Positions 60,048-64,000 of a stretch of DNA of 64,000 nucleotides are shown here, piece after piece (within the stretch, counting starts at the first letter, position 1; each line of letters starts with the position of its first letter). The notes beneath the pieces are model-generated. The model saw only the letters and a list, made by a program, of their open reading frames with translations. It ran no database searches and was not told the origin of the DNA. The DNA is from Spirulina sp. (GTDB taxonomy: Bacteria; Cyanobacteriota; Cyanobacteriia; Phormidesmidales; Phormidesmidaceae). The position numbers were made by a program, and so were the translations under genes. The stretch spans positions 21,321-85,320 of the forward strand of contig JBIPSI010000023.1 of assembly GCA_044070495.1 (NCBI GenBank). The letters are read 5' to 3'.

Positions 60048-60461
60048 CTAGCCCTCTTCGATGGCAAGGGACACTCGGTCGCCACCGATGCGGCGCATTT
60101 CGCCCAGGAACTGCATCACCTGTTCGTAGGGAAGATCGGGGTTTGGCAGCAGAAAAATAGTGTCGTTGGGGTTGCGGCTTAGGTAGGCTTCCATCTGGGG
60201 GCCAAGGTCTTCTAGGACAATTGGCTGGCCGTTGAGGGTGATGTCGTTTTCGCCCACCAGTTCAACAATGAATGGATCGGCGGGGAGCGGCGTCGGTGTA
60301 TCGTTTTGCGATTCTGCGGGTAGCTGAACCTCCACTAGGGTTTCGCTGCCTAGGGTGGTGGTGATCACCGCAAAAAAAGCCAGCACCCCCATCATGACAG
60401 TCAGCATGGGAATGAGATCGACTTGGGGGGGCGGAGGGCTAGCCTGGGTTTTAAAGCGCAT
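60048..60461 (-). CDS. exbD: ExbD/TolR biopolymer transport protein
   Basis: VDLIPML.V TM segment, V.LP, LPYEQVMQ.L..MR..G...VSL. Confidence 0.85.
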   Translation of the reverse strand: MRFKTQASPPPPQVDLIPMLTVMMGVLAFFAVITTTLGSETLVEVQLPAESQNDTPTPLPADPFIVELVGENDITLNGQPIVLEDLGPQMEAYLSRNPNDTIFLLPNPDLPYEQVMQFLGEMRRIGGDRVSLAIEEG

Positions 60462-60483
60462 GGCCGTTGCGGGTTATCGCGGG

Positions 60484-61179
60484 TTATCTTAGGCGGTCGG
60501 ACACGAGGGAGACCTCGCTGGGGTGATCGGCGTCGGTGAGCGGATAATTCGGCTCGTGCCAGTATTGGCGATAAATCAGTTCTAGCTCGTTGCCAACGTC
60601 TGAGAAGTAATCCATTTGCTGGGCCTGCAAGGTCACCATGACGCGAAAGACTAGCAGGGCCAAGATCGCAACAACCATCCCCGCCGCCGTGGTGATCAGG
60701 GCCTCTCCAATCCCCGCTGCCGCTGCGGTGGCTTGATCCCCCGACCCACCGCCACCAATGTTGAGGTTGCCAAAGGTGGCAATTAAGCCCGTCACTGTTC
60801 CCAGTAGCCCCAGCAAGGGCGCAACGGCAACGACGGTTTCCAAAAGTTTGTCGCCCTTCCGCATTTGCACAAATTCTCGATCCCCCGCCGTTTCCATGGC
60901 CAGGCGGAAGGTTTCTGGGGAGGGCTGTTTGAGCCGTAGCGGGGCTAGCAAAAATCGACCAATGGGAGAATCCTGAGCTTGGCTAGCCAGGGCCGCCGCC
61001 TCACTGAGGTCTCGACGGGCGGCCTCTAGCACCGCATTCACCACCTGATCTTCCTGCCGCAGGAGCTTTGTCCAAAACATCGCCCTTTCTAGGGCTGTGG
61101 CCATGGTGAGCACCGAACAACCGACGATGGGCACCATCACAGGCCCACCCTTAATCAGGAAATCAAAAACCGTGGTCAT
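60484..61179 (-). CDS. exbB: ExbB/TolQ/MotA proton channel protein
   Basis: GGPVM.P, APLLGLLGTV.G.I..F, GI.EALITTA.G. Confidence 0.88.
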   Translation of the reverse strand: MTTVFDFLIKGGPVMVPIVGCSVLTMATALERAMFWTKLLRQEDQVVNAVLEAARRDLSEAAALASQAQDSPIGRFLLAPLRLKQPSPETFRLAMETAGDREFVQMRKGDKLLETVVAVAPLLGLLGTVTGLIATFGNLNIGGGGSGDQATAAAAGIGEALITTAAGMVVAILALLVFRVMVTLQAQQMDYFSDVGNELELIYRQYWHEPNYPLTDADHPSEVSLVSDRLR

Positions 61180-61284
61180 GGCATCTAGCTCAGCGGTGAA
61201 CGGAATTCGCCCTAACGTTAGCCCCTCGTTTTGACGGGAATGTTAAGCCCCGTCAAGGTAGGCTTAAGGCCCATTTATCAAGGC

Positions 61285-62061
61285 TTAATGGCCTGTTAAC
61301 CGAACGGGAACCCTATGCTCCTGAAGATAGTGCTTCACTTCGGCAACCGTCAACTGGCCATAGTGCAGTAGGGAGGCTAACAACGCCGCTTCGGCCTTGC
61401 CCTCGGTCAGCGCTTCGTAAATATGTTCGCAGTTGCCTGCCCCACCAGAGGCAATCACGGGCACGGGCACCCGGTCGGCGATGGTGCGAGTGAGTTCCAG
61501 GTCATAACCTGCCTGGGTACCGTCGGCGTCCATGCTGGTGACCAGTAGTTCCCCGGCCCCCCGGTTCACCATTTCCTCGGCCCAGGCAATGGCATCAATT
61601 CCGGTATTCTCTCGACCGCCGCGCACATACACATCCCATCCGGGGTTAGTGGGATCCTGGCGACGGCGGGCATCAATGGCGACAACGATACATTGGGAAC
61701 CGAAGCGGTCGCTGGCCTCTTGGACAAATTCGGGTCGCTTCACCGCCGCCGAGTTGATACTGACCTTATCGGCCCCGGCCCGCAGCAGCTTTTTAATGGT
61801 ATCGAGGTTGCTGATGCCACCGCCCACCGTCAGCGGTATAAAGACCTGTTCCGCCGTTTGATACACCACATCGATGATGATGTCGCGGTCTTCGTGGGTG
61901 GCGGTGATGTCTAAGAACACCAGCTCATCAGCCCCCGCTTGATTGTAAGCCTGGGCCAGTTCCACTGGGTCGCCCGCATCGCGCAGATCCACGAAGTTGA
62001 CCCCCTTCACCACCCGGCCCGCCTTCACATCCAGGCAGGGAAGAATTCGTTTTGCCAGCAT
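61285..62061 (-). CDS. hisF: Imidazole glycerol phosphate synthase cyclase subunit
   Basis: [47 protein letters not shown]. Confidence 0.97.
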   Translation of the reverse strand: MLAKRILPCLDVKAGRVVKGVNFVDLRDAGDPVELAQAYNQAGADELVFLDITATHEDRDIIIDVVYQTAEQVFIPLTVGGGISNLDTIKKLLRAGADKVSINSAAVKRPEFVQEASDRFGSQCIVVAIDARRRQDPTNPGWDVYVRGGRENTGIDAIAWAEEMVNRGAGELLVTSMDADGTQAGYDLELTRTIADRVPVPVIASGGAGNCEHIYEALTEGKAEAALLASLLHYGQLTVAEVKHYLQEHRVPVRLTGH

Positions 62062-62189
62062 TGCCTTTTTCTGCCACCGACGCATTACCCATTCACGATA
62101 GATCATCAGGGAGATCATTAGGGGGCAAGACGCTGATACACTGTGTTTTGGTTTTATCGTTCAGTATGCAGTTGGAGCCGTTGATTGCC

Positions 62190-62387
62190 ATGGCTTTAGA
62201 GATTGGCCAGAAAGTGAAAGTTTCCCGCCTGAGAGACCGTGTTTCCCCCGATGTTGCTGGTCGCCTGGGTAAAAGCGGCACCATCAGCGATTTCAAGATG
62301 GTGGATGGCAGCGGCGTCGGCGTGGTCGTAGAGTTTGAAGACAAGTACGCCACCTGGTTCTTTGAAGACGAGCTATCCCCCGCCTAA
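62190..62387 (+). CDS. petP: Cytochrome b6f-associated PetP (DUF2862)
   Basis: EIGQKVKV.RLRDRVS...DGSG.G.VVEF.D....WFFEDEL. Confidence 0.85.
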   Translation: MALEIGQKVKVSRLRDRVSPDVAGRLGKSGTISDFKMVDGSGVGVVVEFEDKYATWFFEDELSPA

Positions 62388-62463
62388 GCCACGTCTCTAC
62401 AAAATTGAGCGCACTGAACCAGATTTCGCCTAGACTCCTTAAACGTCGGGCAAGTTCTGCCAG

Positions 62464-62602
62464 AACAGGGGGCTTAAGCCCCTTGTTTTGTATCGTCCAT
62501 TAGGGTGGGCGAGGAGACCTCCCCTCTACGACGTTGTCGCTCCCCAGTCCTGTAGGGTGGGCTGCTCTAATCTCTAGCCCCCTAGGGTGGGCACCGCCCA
62601 CC
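62464..62602. repeat. Cluster of several palindromic repeats and REPs
   Basis: AACAGGGGGCTTAAGCCCCTTGTT; GGGCGAGGAGACCTCCCCTCTAC; GTAGGGTGGGC; TAGGGTGGGCACCGCCCACC. Confidence 0.7.
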
Positions 62603-62724
62603 TATCCCTTGCCAGCCCTAGGGGTAGGTTTCTGCCGCGCTGTAGCGTCTTGTAAGGGCTTGTGAGGATTAGATACGTTACGCTAGCGCTAGCACATCCT
62701 ACAGATCTTTTTTCTCCAGCAGTT

Positions 62725-63834
62725 ATGGCAAAAATTCTTACCTTTCTCGGCAAAGGCGGTTGCGGCAGTACCACCATGGCCATCGCCACCGCCAAGCAAC
62801 TGGCGGGTTCTGGCAAGCGGGTGTTGCTGATGATCCAGGATGTGACGCCGGGGCCGGCCATCCTGCTGGGGCAAGCTCTCAGTGCGGAACCGACCGTGAT
62901 TAGCCCGAACCTAACGGCGGTGCAGATGCACAGTGCCGCCCAACTAGAGGCCAGTTGGCAAACCCTGAAGGAACTGGAAGCCCAATACCTGCGGACACCC
63001 TTTTTAAAGGATGTCTACGGTCAAGAGTTGGGTGTGCTGCCGGGGATGGATCAGGCGTTGTCGCTGAATGCCCTGCGCGAGTACGACGCCAGCGGTAAGT
63101 ACGATGTGATTGTCTACGACGGCACCGGGGGCATGGGCACCCTGCGGATGTTTGGCCTGCCGGAAATTTTGGATTGGTACGTACGCCGTTTCCGCAATGT
63201 GCTGCAACAGTCCGACCTGTGGCGGTCGCTGTCGCCCTTCATTCAGCCCGTGTCGGCGGCGGTGCTGGCCACCGATTGGTCGGGGGACATTTTGGATCGG
63301 CCCACTGGGGAAATGCGATCCGTGTTAGAGCAGGGCCGCGATGCCGTCAGTGATCCCAACCGCACCCTAGCCTTTCTGGTGACGACCCCCGCCGCCGATG
63401 CCGTAGCCACCGCCCGCTACCTGTGGGGCAGCGCCCAGCAAATTGGCCTCACCGTGGGTGGTGTGCTGGTCAACCATGGCGATCTGGGTGCTGAGCACGA
63501 GGGAGCCTTCGCCCCCCTGCCCCACTTTGCTATGCCCAGTCAGCATAACCACGGATGGGAGTCGGTGATACAAGCCCTTCCCGATATTGACCAGATCGCC
63601 GCCCAGGCTAATCCTGCCACGGTGGTGGATCTGCCTAGCAAAACCGTCAAGCTCTTTCTGCCCAGCTTCGATAAAACCCAAGTGAAGCTCACCCAGTACG
63701 GCCCAGAGGTGACCGTGGAAGCAGGCGACCAGCGACGGAATCTGATGTTGCCCCCCGGATTGGCGGGTAAGTCTGTAGCGGGGGCCAAGTTCCAGGATCA
63801 ATATCTGGTGCTGACCTTTGTCAACGGCAAATAG
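62725..63834 (+). CDS. ArsA/Get3-like ATPase with C-terminal alpha-crystallin-like domain (Get3d type)
   Basis: FLGKGG, GQELGVLPGMD, YDVIVYD, C-terminal LFLP.FDK.QVKLTQ.GPE.T.EAGDQRRN. Confidence 0.87.
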   Translation: MAKILTFLGKGGCGSTTMAIATAKQLAGSGKRVLLMIQDVTPGPAILLGQALSAEPTVISPNLTAVQMHSAAQLEASWQTLKELEAQYLRTPFLKDVYGQELGVLPGMDQALSLNALREYDASGKYDVIVYDGTGGMGTLRMFGLPEILDWYVRRFRNVLQQSDLWRSLSPFIQPVSAAVLATDWSGDILDRPTGEMRSVLEQGRDAVSDPNRTLAFLVTTPAADAVATARYLWGSAQQIGLTVGGVLVNHGDLGAEHEGAFAPLPHFAMPSQHNHGWESVIQALPDIDQIAAQANPATVVDLPSKTVKLFLPSFDKTQVKLTQYGPEVTVEAGDQRRNLMLPPGLAGKSVAGAKFQDQYLVLTFVNGK

Positions 63835-64000
63835 GGTGATGAGGGAGAGTAACCTGTGCCCCTGACTGCCTGACACATCTTTATGCCGCCTCCACAGGGG
63901 GTAGCTGACAGCGCATGGATTGGATCCTAGAGAACCAGATTTGGTCATAATATCGGGCTTCTGCCTTTTTAGAGGCAAAACAAGGTTCAGGGTCAACCGT

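Overview
Chromosomal window from a fairly GC-rich cyanobacterium, judged from ebsA, petP, gghA, mgdA, a GUN4 domain and several cyanobacterial DUF genes. Most of it is core genome: dnaK-dnaJ, tRNA-Leu(UAG), treZ-treY-treH, pyrC, a phosphoketolase, fabD/plsC, gghA, asnB, folP, lysC, a P-type ATPase, tandem mgtE, exbBD, hisF and a Get3/ArsA-like ATPase. Intergenic DNA carries many GTAG-type REP palindromes, small dispersed repeats and two MITEs. Five things stand out. (1) A ribbon-helix-helix repressor (probable TrcR) faces a divergent unit containing an uncharacterised 5-residue-repeat protein, a non-coding 8x16-bp array and an alr0857-like gene. (2) An accessory island at 43.5-48 kb holds an EACC1-like gene plus a caspase-GUN4 fusion, a REP doublet, a transposase relic, a dead PIN toxin and intact MazEF. 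(3) An integron integrase relic has its N-terminus joined to its C-terminal tail, with the catalytic core deleted. (4) The DnaK has a ~300-aa low-complexity tail. (5) CGATCG/HIP1 appears to be absent while CCTAGG is frequent. All calls come from reading the sequence by eye; no database searches were run.
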